Positions 49,954 through 58,481 of a stretch of DNA of 64,000 nucleotides are shown one piece after another. A program made the translations under genes and the position numbers. The stretch spans positions 9,302-73,301 of the forward strand of contig CAYUKO010000001.1 in NCBI GenBank assembly GCA_964445375.1. The letters are read 5' to 3'. Source of the DNA: an uncultured Roseburia sp. (lineage in GTDB: Bacteria > Bacillota > Clostridia > Lachnospirales > Lachnospiraceae). Each line of letters starts with the position of its first letter. The stretch's first letter is position 1. The notes beneath the pieces are model-generated. The model had not been told where the DNA came from. It worked only from the letters and a program-made list of their open reading frames with translations, and searched no databases.

Positions 49954-51309
49954 CTACTTCTTTGCTGCCTTGCATATCTCATAACATTCTAACAATAACA
50001 GCAATCCTGCCAGATAAAACAGTGGCAGATTATATAACATATATCTGGAAATGCACTGAATCATCAGAGAAGTTCCAGTCACATTTCCAGTAATCATCAA
50101 CAACACAAGTGCCATAAAAGGTGCTGCCTTGGAGTCATGGTTCTTCATCCAGACAACTATCGTAAGTATGATTGCTATCAGATAAATCCCAAGTGCATAC
50201 CAATTAAATATCGGATGTACAAACGCCACACTTCGAATAAAGCCCATCAGAACCATAGCCACATAGTTATATGCGTACTTCATAAGTACCTGTGGTAACA
50301 GTTCACTCATGAGTGCAGAAGCTACCTTGTCCACTTCCACCATCATAAGCTGATAATCTTCTACCGTAACACCCGTGGTTTTGGTAACATACTCTTTTGC
50401 ACAAATGGCAAAATAATCAAAGTTCAGACTGTCATGACATGCCTCATGATGTGCTGCTCTTGCAAGCAGACCATCCGGCGAGAACTGGTAATTCATACTA
50501 TCTGCATAGGCTCTATCATAAATTTCATAGAAAAGCTCTCTTAAGCCTTCGTCTTCTATTGCTTCGCCATCTTCCCTGTCTGCTACATACAAAACATTGG
50601 CAACAGACATTGCCTTACCGGATGCGGTATCAACAAACAGTCCCTGTTCACAGTAATTATACGTCTTAATAAGCAATCCACGCCCTACAAAGGCAACAGC
50701 AAGCATAACGACGAATACCGCAATCTGCTTCCATTTCTTCTGTAAAAAGGCAATGAGCGCCATGGCAAGAAACCATACGAGAATCAGCACCATAAACTGT
50801 CCGCGTACCAAGGACACTCCAATCGCCCAGAAAAAGGCAAGCAAGCTATCCTTTCCGAGAATATTTCTACTCCAGACTGCCTTTAAAATATACAGAATAA
50901 AGAACAGATAAAGAGAATATGCGATTCCTTCTGATAACAGGGAGTTCGTTATAATCATCCCCGAAGAAGAAGCAAGTGGTGTCATAATGTGTGGTGCTAA
51001 TAAAATCACCATTACGACCGGAAGCATGTACCATTTCAGGTTCAACAATCTTCGCAACGCACATACAAATATCGTATTTGCCACAATCGCTAGAATATTC
51101 TGCACGATAATAATAAGCTCATAATGATGCTCTGGTGACAGAAACCGAAGAAACTGTATGAGCAAAGCATAAACAGGCTCTCTTGTTACAAACTGCATCT
51201 CATGCTGAAAGCTATCACCAAGATAAAGCGGTTCCCCGGTTATCAGCAGAAAACCGAAGAACACGGCAAACACCAAAAATATGGTTATATCGGTTATTCT
51301 TTTTCGCAT
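49954..51309 (-). CDS. Multi-pass membrane protein, putative GT-C glycosyltransferase
   Basis: LGDS...REPVY, NSLLSEGIAYSL, RYMLYN; TAATG-coupled to the tviB-like stop; paralog of 40620..42008. Confidence 0.65.
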   Translation of the reverse strand: MRKRITDITIFLVFAVFFGFLLITGEPLYLGDSFQHEMQFVTREPVYALLIQFLRFLSPEHHYELIIIVQNILAIVANTIFVCALRRLLNLKWYMLPVVMVILLAPHIMTPLASSSGMIITNSLLSEGIAYSLYLFFILYILKAVWSRNILGKDSLLAFFWAIGVSLVRGQFMVLILVWFLAMALIAFLQKKWKQIAVFVVMLAVAFVGRGLLIKTYNYCEQGLFVDTASGKAMSVANVLYVADREDGEAIEDEGLRELFYEIYDRAYADSMNYQFSPDGLLARAAHHEACHDSLNFDYFAICAKEYVTKTTGVTVEDYQLMMVEVDKVASALMSELLPQVLMKYAYNYVAMVLMGFIRSVAFVHPIFNWYALGIYLIAIILTIVVWMKNHDSKAAPFMALVLLMITGNVTGTSLMIQCISRYMLYNLPLFYLAGLLLLLECYEICKAAKK

Positions 51310-52625
51310 TATAATCTCCAATAAATATAGCCTGCATCCTGATATGCTTTCTTGTCTAAGATACCCTTAAGGTCTGTTAATACCTTTGTCTGGTTCTTAG
51401 ATGTATACAGCGCATCGATATCCTTCATTTCAAGGCTCTTAAAGGATTCATGTGCTACTGCAAGAATCACAGCATCACAATCCTTAATCTCTGCCATTGG
51501 AACGAATTCAATACCATATAATCTCTTAGCTTCTGCTGCATCTGCATTATCATCTGTTACAACAGCAGTAATGCCATATTCCTGTAATTCCTTGTAAATA
51601 TCAATAATCTTGGTATTTCTGGTATCCGGACAATTCTCCTTAAAGGTAAAGCCAAGAATAGCAACCTTGGCACTCTTAACCGGAATATCAGCCTTAATTA
51701 AATTCTTAACCAGATTCTCAGCTACATACTTGCCCATATCATCATTGATACGACGTCCTGAAAGGATAATCTGTGAGTGATAGCCTAACTGCTCTGCCTT
51801 ATAGGTTAAGTAATATGGGTCTACACCGATACAGTGTCCGCCTACAAGTCCCGGCTGGAAGTTTAAGAAGTTCCACTTCGTTCCTGCTGCTGCAAGTACA
51901 GACTTCGTATCAATGCCCATTTTATTAAAGATAATAGACAACTCGTTCATGAAAGCGATATTGATATCACGCTGGCTGTTTTCAATAACCTTAGCAGCCT
52001 CTGCTACCTTGATGCTTTCTGCACGGTATACACCTGCTTCTACCACAAGCTCGTACACCTTAGCTACCTGATCCAGTGTCTCTTCGTCCATACCGGATAC
52101 AATCTTGGTAATGGTTTCCAGTCTGTGTACTTTATCACCAGGATTGATACGTTCTGGAGAATAACCAATCTTAAAGTCTACACCACACTTAAGTCCTGAT
52201 TCCTTCTCTAAGATAGGAACACAGATATCCTCTGTTACACCTGGATATACGGTAGACTCGAATACAACGATAGAACCCTTTGTCAGATTCTGTCCTAAGA
52301 TTCTGCTTGCTCCTTCTACTGGTGTCAAATCCGGTGTGTGATCATCATTTACCGGTGTTGGAACTGCAACGATATGGAACTTTGCTTCCTTTAACTTTGT
52401 AGGATCAGCAGTAAACTCTACAGTTGTGTTCTTGATGACATCATCACCAACTTCATTTGTTGGATCAACACCCGACTTATATAAGTCAATCTTTGCTGCA
52501 TTCAGGTCGAATCCTACTACCTTAATCTTTCTTGCAAAAGCAACAGCGATTGGCATACCTACATAACCAAGTCCTACTAATGATACTTTCTCTTTTCCAC
52601 TTACAATATCTTCATATAAGCTCAT
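51309..52625 (-). CDS. tviB: UDP-N-acetylhexosamine 6-dehydrogenase (TviB/WbpO/CapL-like)
   Basis: [71 protein letters not shown]. Confidence 0.93.
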   Translation of the reverse strand: MSLYEDIVSGKEKVSLVGLGYVGMPIAVAFARKIKVVGFDLNAAKIDLYKSGVDPTNEVGDDVIKNTTVEFTADPTKLKEAKFHIVAVPTPVNDDHTPDLTPVEGASRILGQNLTKGSIVVFESTVYPGVTEDICVPILEKESGLKCGVDFKIGYSPERINPGDKVHRLETITKIVSGMDEETLDQVAKVYELVVEAGVYRAESIKVAEAAKVIENSQRDINIAFMNELSIIFNKMGIDTKSVLAAAGTKWNFLNFQPGLVGGHCIGVDPYYLTYKAEQLGYHSQIILSGRRINDDMGKYVAENLVKNLIKADIPVKSAKVAILGFTFKENCPDTRNTKIIDIYKELQEYGITAVVTDDNADAAEAKRLYGIEFVPMAEIKDCDAVILAVAHESFKSLEMKDIDALYTSKNQTKVLTDLKGILDKKAYQDAGYIYWRL

Positions 52626-52672
52626 ATTTTTCTCCTATCTGTGCATGTTTCCTTTCACACACCTTTATGTTC

Positions 52673-53767
52673 TTATGATTTACTTACTGCATGTATCTCT
52701 TCCATATAAGCATCTACTACCTGCTTACGGTCAAATTCGCGCTCCATCTTTGCTCTGGCATTACGTCCCATCTGTGCACGTTCCTCGCCGGAAAGCTTCA
52801 TAAAGCGTCTGAGTGCTTCTAATAATGCCTCTTTATCCCTTGCCGGGAATCCAAAGCCTGTGACACCATCCTCAAAGCCTTCCTGACAGCCCGGTATCTT
52901 AGATGCCAGTACCGGTCTTCCCGTAGCACTTGCTTCCAGAATGACATTAGACATTCCCTCATGATAGCTTGGCATCAACACAGCCGCTGCCTCTTTATAA
53001 TAGGGATGTATCTCTTTCTGATAGCCTATCAGCTCCAGAATACCATCCTGTTCATATTGTTCCATGATATCCTTATAATCATCCTCATAGTTGCCAACCA
53101 ATCGGAAAACAGCCTGCGGATATTCCTTGCAAATAGCCTTTGCCGCATAGAGTAATTCCTCAATGCCCTTTTCCTTCATGACTCTTCCAACATATAAGAA
53201 TATCATTTTCTCCTCTTTAGAAGAATATTCCTCAAAGTGATGTCTGTCAAGATTTACTCCTGAGCCAGGCACAAGCCTTGCCTTCTTCCCAAGGATTCCA
53301 TATTGCTTAAAGATTTCCTGATTCTTTTCATTTTGGAAAAAGATACAGGACGCCTTTTTCAGTGCCATCTTATATAAAAATACGACTATTCTTTGTACCA
53401 TACCGCCATTTTCGAAAGCAGAACCAAGTCCTGTAATGTTTACGATATAAGGGATATGCCTCATTCTACAGCAAAGATTGCCATAGATGTTCGGTTTTAT
53501 CGTATAGGTAAGCACCACATCCGGTTTTACCTCTTTCATAAGCTTCCAATACGCACCCAAAAGTCCTAAGTCTCTGACCGGGTTCATTCCTCGTCTGTCA
53601 ATTGGTGTATGATGAACCTTACATCCTTCCTCAGAAAGCTGTGGTACCTTTTCTTCATCGGGAAGACTTACGTGTACTTCATATTCCTTAAGCAATGTCA
53701 GTATCAGTTCGTTTCGAAAATCATACAGACCACTTGCCGAATTTGCAAGAATTAATATCTTCTTCAT
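52673..53767 (-). CDS. GT4 glycosyltransferase (PglA/CapM/WbuB-like, likely second sugar)
   Basis: RRGMNP, YTIKPNIYG, ITGLG, FFQN, PGSGV, PSYHEGMSNVILEASA. Start moved to MKKIL. Confidence 0.9.
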   Translation of the reverse strand: MKKILILANSASGLYDFRNELILTLLKEYEVHVSLPDEEKVPQLSEEGCKVHHTPIDRRGMNPVRDLGLLGAYWKLMKEVKPDVVLTYTIKPNIYGNLCCRMRHIPYIVNITGLGSAFENGGMVQRIVVFLYKMALKKASCIFFQNEKNQEIFKQYGILGKKARLVPGSGVNLDRHHFEEYSSKEEKMIFLYVGRVMKEKGIEELLYAAKAICKEYPQAVFRLVGNYEDDYKDIMEQYEQDGILELIGYQKEIHPYYKEAAAVLMPSYHEGMSNVILEASATGRPVLASKIPGCQEGFEDGVTGFGFPARDKEALLEALRRFMKLSGEERAQMGRNARAKMEREFDRKQVVDAYMEEIHAVSKS

Positions 53768-53780
53768 GTGTAACCTCTTC

Positions 53781-54749
53781 TTATTGTATGACATCCGTAA
53801 TCATGATTTCATTATATTTCATCATGACTTTATTGACTGCATAGCATCCAATCTGCTGCATATTCGCCTTGCCCTGCAAATTATTCTTAATAAGCGTCAT
53901 ATGGTCAGCACCACATGCATAGGCGTGCGGATAACCTCCGCCAAATCGGGGATTCACCTCTGAGAAATAGTACACACCGTCTTTTTCAAAAATATCAATA
54001 TCAATCTGTCCGCGGAAACCATTCTCCTTCACGAACTTCTCTATCTCCATAAAGAGTCTCTCATCGCGGAAGGAAATTGCCTTATCCGTTTCTCCTGCAC
54101 GCATGACAAGCTTCTTCTTGGTAAAAATAGAAACAATCTCGTTACTGATTAAATCAATATATACGTCTGCTCCAATCTCCTGACCAGTCATGAATTCCTG
54201 AATCATCATCTGCTCGCCATGTGAAAAGAGTAATTCTACCGTTTCCTTATCTTCCGCCTTGGAAATCTGTAAGCTTGCGCTTCCCTTCATAGGCTTTACA
54301 AATACCGGGAAACTGATTTCTCCCTTTTCCAAATCCTCATAAAAGGATTCCAAAGTGATATACGACTTCGCGCATGGATAAGCATGCTCCTTCATCCAGC
54401 AGTACATTTCCCATTTATTCAAGGTTCTCTCGCAAAGCTCATAGGAAGATTCGATTACCGTAACCCCAAGCTTTCGGAATTCTTCTTCGTGCTTTGCAAT
54501 CAGGGAAAGCTCCGGGTCAATCAACGAAAGTACTCCTGTTACATTCTCCTTACGGCAAATATCAAAAATATTCTCGATATATCCAGGTTCTGTAATTCTT
54601 GGTACGATGTAATGTGCATCTGCCTCATATAATGCCGGTGCATAAGGACTGCAATCGGTACAGATTACCTTTCCTTCTCCTGCAAAAGCCTCCTTAAAGT
54701 ACTGAACCACCTTATCTCTTGTGCCACAGCTTAAAATCAACAGATTCAT
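53781..54749 (-). CDS. ATP-grasp domain protein (carbamoyl-phosphate-synthase-like ligase)
   Basis: LSLIDPEL, FVKPMKGSAS, IQEFMTGQEIGAD, RAGETDK, SEVNPRFGGGYP. Confidence 0.85.
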   Translation of the reverse strand: MNLLILSCGTRDKVVQYFKEAFAGEGKVICTDCSPYAPALYEADAHYIVPRITEPGYIENIFDICRKENVTGVLSLIDPELSLIAKHEEEFRKLGVTVIESSYELCERTLNKWEMYCWMKEHAYPCAKSYITLESFYEDLEKGEISFPVFVKPMKGSASLQISKAEDKETVELLFSHGEQMMIQEFMTGQEIGADVYIDLISNEIVSIFTKKKLVMRAGETDKAISFRDERLFMEIEKFVKENGFRGQIDIDIFEKDGVYYFSEVNPRFGGGYPHAYACGADHMTLIKNNLQGKANMQQIGCYAVNKVMMKYNEIMITDVIQ

Positions 54750-54776
54750 GTGTTTACCTCTTCTTTCTGCTTCTAT

Positions 54777-55415
54777 TTATTCCTGTTCTTCCAACTTTGC
54801 CTTTCTGATTTCTGCAAAATTTCCTTCGACCTTGTTAGTATCTACTTCGATATCTTCTCGAACAAATACCTTCTTAATCGTAAGGAAAAATATCTTTACA
54901 TCCATTGCAAAGGTCAGATTTCTGACATATTCTACATCCGTTGCAAATCTCTTATCCCAGTCAAGAAGATTCCTTCCTCTTACCTGTGCAAGTCCGGTCA
55001 ATCCCGGTCTTACAGTATGTCTCAGTCTTTCTTCTTCTGTATAATACGGCAGATAACTGATTAACAGTGGTCTTGGACCTATAATACTCATATCGCCTTT
55101 TAAGATATTCCAAAGCTCCGGCAGTTCATCAAGGCTTGTTGCACGAAGGATTCTTCCAAATTTCGTAAGTCTAACGGAATCCGGAAGCAGATTGCCTTCC
55201 TCATCCCGCTCATCTGTCATGGAACGAAACTTACAAAGCTTGAAAATCTTCTCGTTATAGCCTGGTCTTTCCTGATGAAAGATAACCGGCGAACCAAGCT
55301 TACAGCGTACCAGTATTGCCACAATCAACAATACCGGGCTTAAAACGACCAACGCCACAAATGAAATTACGATGTCCAATAATCTTTTTATATACTTACG
55401 ATACATGGGCTTCAT
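54777..55415 (-). CDS. Monotopic phosphoglycosyl transferase (PglC/EpsL-like initiating sugar transferase)
   Basis: KRLLDI, QERPG, KFRSM, SLDELPELWNILKGDMSIIGPRP, VRPGLTGLAQV, DVEYV. Confidence 0.93.
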   Translation of the reverse strand: MKPMYRKYIKRLLDIVISFVALVVLSPVLLIVAILVRCKLGSPVIFHQERPGYNEKIFKLCKFRSMTDERDEEGNLLPDSVRLTKFGRILRATSLDELPELWNILKGDMSIIGPRPLLISYLPYYTEEERLRHTVRPGLTGLAQVRGRNLLDWDKRFATDVEYVRNLTFAMDVKIFFLTIKKVFVREDIEVDTNKVEGNFAEIRKAKLEEQE

Positions 55416-55420
55416 CCTTC

Positions 55421-56557
55421 CTATGCAAAGAGCTTACGTACTGTCTTGATAATAAGCTCCATATCTTCCGGTGTATTCTTAATATCACTTGGCATGCAGA
55501 CACCTCTGTTGAAGATATCCTCACCCACACTGATTCCTTCATCATTATGGTTAAAGAAATCACAATCTGCATATACCGGCTGGAGATTCATCGGCTTCCA
55601 GATAGGTCTGGATTCGATATTCTCAGCATCTAATGCATCCATGATGTCATTTGGTGTCACCTTACAGCCTTCCTTTAAGAGGATGCAGGATAACCAGTTA
55701 TTTGCATCGCCATCCGGATTCATCGGATTCATGGAGATCTCTTCCATATCCGCAAATGCTTCCTCATACTGCTTGTAAATGGCATTCTTTAACTTCTTAT
55801 GCTCTTCCATATGCAAGAGCTGTCCCCTGCCAATACCAGCCACAATATTACTCATGCGATAGTTATAACCAATCTCAGAATGCTGATAATGTCTTGCTGC
55901 ATCTCTTGCCTGTGTTGCCAGGAAGGTTGCCTTCTTGGTCAGTTCTTCTTCCTTGGAAACCATCATACCGCCGCCAGAGGTTGTAATAATCTTATTGCCA
56001 TTGAAAGAATAGATTCCGATTCTTCCAAAGGTTCCTGTCATCTGTCCCTTGTAAGTAGAACCAAGTGACTCTGCTGCATCTTCGATCATCGGTACATTAT
56101 GTTCTGCACAGATTTCCATGATTTCATCCAGCTTTGCCGGTGTTCCATATAAATGTGCCATAATCACTGCCTTTGGATTTGGGTATTTCTCAAACGCCTT
56201 TCTAAGTGCCTTTGGAGACATGTTCCAGGTATCCGGCTCAGAATCGATAAATACCGGCTTTGCCTTCTCATATGTAATCGGATTACAGGTTGCGGCAAAG
56301 GTCAGGGAAGATACAAATACCACATCATCCTGCTTGATGCCAAGCAACTTGAGCGCAAGATGAATGGCTGCTGTTCCTGCACTTAACGCAGCCGCATAAC
56401 CACAGCCTGTATATGCTGCCATTTCCTCTTCAAATTTATTTACATTTGGTCCAAGTGGTGCTACCCAATTGGTATCAAATGCCTCCTGTACAAATTTCTG
56501 CTCATCTCCATGCATGGTAGGGGAGGATAAAAAGATTCTTTTCTTCTGCTCTGCCAT
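55421..56557 (-). CDS. UDP-4-keto-6-deoxy-GlcNAc 4-aminotransferase (PglE/EpsN-like)
   Basis: IFLSSP, TNWVAPLGPNV, EDAAESLG, SFNGNKIITTSGGG, GYNYRMSN, ESRPIWKPM. Confidence 0.9.
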   Translation of the reverse strand: MAEQKKRIFLSSPTMHGDEQKFVQEAFDTNWVAPLGPNVNKFEEEMAAYTGCGYAAALSAGTAAIHLALKLLGIKQDDVVFVSSLTFAATCNPITYEKAKPVFIDSEPDTWNMSPKALRKAFEKYPNPKAVIMAHLYGTPAKLDEIMEICAEHNVPMIEDAAESLGSTYKGQMTGTFGRIGIYSFNGNKIITTSGGGMMVSKEEELTKKATFLATQARDAARHYQHSEIGYNYRMSNIVAGIGRGQLLHMEEHKKLKNAIYKQYEEAFADMEEISMNPMNPDGDANNWLSCILLKEGCKVTPNDIMDALDAENIESRPIWKPMNLQPVYADCDFFNHNDEGISVGEDIFNRGVCMPSDIKNTPEDMELIIKTVRKLFA

Positions 56558-56602
56558 AACTACAACGCCTCCAATTCTGAATTTATTTACAAAAAATATG
56601 CT

Positions 56603-58468
56603 TTACATGGTCTCTTTGCGTGGAATATAGGTCGGTACGATTTCCTGTATCAGCGGTCTGATATCGGAACATTCCTTATCCACTTCCTTTTTCAGCTCAT
56701 TAAGCTGTACAAAGAACTTGGACTCGTCAAATTCAATCGGCTTTCCGATATGAATCAGCTTATTCTCGGTATCCGTCAGTCCTTCCTCATTCATCAGAAG
56801 TTCTTCATAAAGCTTTTCTCCCGGACGAAGTCCTGTGAATTCTATCTTGATATCTTCGTCAACTTTATAACCGGACAAACGAATCAGGTTCTTGGCAAGG
56901 TCTAAAATTTTAACAGGTTCACCCATATCAAGTACGAATATCTCTCCACCCTTTGCGTAAACACCTGCCTGCAATACAAGAGAAACCGCTTCCGGTATCG
57001 TCATAAAATAACGAATAATGTCAGGATGTGTTACCGTAACCGGTCCACCTTCCATAATCTGCTTCTTGAATAATGGAATAACACTTCCGTTACTGCCAAG
57101 TACATTACCAAAACGAACTGCCACGAATTCGGTATCATAATGTCTGTTATAAGTCTGGATAATCATTTCACAGATACGCTTGGAAGCTCCCATGATATTG
57201 GTAGGATTGACTGCCTTATCGGTGGAAATCATAACAAACTTCTTGACACCGTTCTGCACGGCTGCCTGTGCCGTCTTCCATGTACCAAATACATTGTTCT
57301 TAATTGCCTCATTCGGACTGTCCTCCATCAGAGGCACATGCTTATGGGCTGCCGCATGGTAAATGATATCCGGATGATACTGCGCCATAATACTATTCAT
57401 ACGATTTGTATTTCGAACTGATGCAATCAATACAACTAAATCAAGATATGGATACTTATGCTTTAACTCCTGTTGAATCTCATATGCGTTATTCTCATAA
57501 ATATCTACAATAACCAACTGCTTTGGCTGATGTCCTGCGATCTGTCTGCAAAGTTCACTACCAATAGAACCGCCGCCGCCAGTTACCATAACAACCTTAT
57601 CTCTTACATAATTTAAAATGGAATCAAGATCAACCTTAATCGGATCTCTTCCAAGCAAATCTTCTACATCAACGTCACGAAGCTTGCTGACATTGACCTC
57701 ACCGTTTACCAACTGATAAATACCTGGTAATGTCCTAAGCTTACAATTGGTTTCCTGACAGATTTCTACCAGTTCCTTCATAGTTGCCCTGCTTGCAGAA
57801 GGAATGGCAATAATAATCTCATCAATTCCATAAAAAGCTGCATACTCTACAATTTTAGTACGTCCACCAACGATTTTAATTCCCTGAATGAAACGTCCCC
57901 ATTTCATGGAATTATCATCAATGATGCATTTAATCGTCATCGTACTGAAATTACTGTTTACGATTTCCTTGATTACGGTATTGGCTGCTTCTCCTGCACC
58001 AACCACCATTACCTTGATGCCATTTTTCTTATTCTGCTGCTTATGCTTGATTCCTCTAAGAATTCGATAAGAGAATCTGCCACAGGTCGTAATCGCAGTC
58101 AAAACCATGGCATACAGAAAATAATAGCTTCTTGGAATCGGATAATCCAGAATCTGAAAGCCACAGAAATTGATAAGAGCACACAAGAAACACGCAGCCA
58201 CAATATTCTGTGCCTCCGAAGTTCCTGCAAACGCCCACAGACTGTGATACAGCCTGAAGAAATAAAACACAAGTAATGTAACAACGACATTCATTACCAT
58301 AAAATTCCATGCCGAATTCAAATATACATCGGGAATTTCTTTATAATGCATCTCAAAACGAAACCATAATGGTGCAATACTTGATATGCATACTGTCATA
58401 ATGTCTAATATAATTAACACAATTCTTCTGTGTAGTAATTGTCTGTTCACCTTAGCCAGTATTTTCAT
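56603..58468 (-). CDS. Membrane-bound UDP-GlcNAc 4,6-dehydratase (PglF/CapD/EpsC-like)
   Basis: Four N-terminal TMs, VGAGEA, EDLLGR, TGGGGSIGSELC, HAAAHKHVP, STDKAVNPTNIMGASKR, RFGNVLGS, GLRPGEKLYEEL. Confidence 0.94.
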   Translation of the reverse strand: MKILAKVNRQLLHRRIVLIILDIMTVCISSIAPLWFRFEMHYKEIPDVYLNSAWNFMVMNVVVTLLVFYFFRLYHSLWAFAGTSEAQNIVAACFLCALINFCGFQILDYPIPRSYYFLYAMVLTAITTCGRFSYRILRGIKHKQQNKKNGIKVMVVGAGEAANTVIKEIVNSNFSTMTIKCIIDDNSMKWGRFIQGIKIVGGRTKIVEYAAFYGIDEIIIAIPSASRATMKELVEICQETNCKLRTLPGIYQLVNGEVNVSKLRDVDVEDLLGRDPIKVDLDSILNYVRDKVVMVTGGGGSIGSELCRQIAGHQPKQLVIVDIYENNAYEIQQELKHKYPYLDLVVLIASVRNTNRMNSIMAQYHPDIIYHAAAHKHVPLMEDSPNEAIKNNVFGTWKTAQAAVQNGVKKFVMISTDKAVNPTNIMGASKRICEMIIQTYNRHYDTEFVAVRFGNVLGSNGSVIPLFKKQIMEGGPVTVTHPDIIRYFMTIPEAVSLVLQAGVYAKGGEIFVLDMGEPVKILDLAKNLIRLSGYKVDEDIKIEFTGLRPGEKLYEELLMNEEGLTDTENKLIHIGKPIEFDESKFFVQLNELKKEVDKECSDIRPLIQEIVPTYIPRKETM

Positions 58469-58481
58469 AATATACTCCTAT

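Noticed and set aside
55421-56557. WcfR/AatB-type AATGal (PSA-like zwitterion) marker
   Set aside because: The N-terminal motif (IFLSSP...TNWVAPLGPNV) resembles EpsN/PglE-type enzymes rather than the IPFSPP type as I recall them; phylogeny is needed to be sure.
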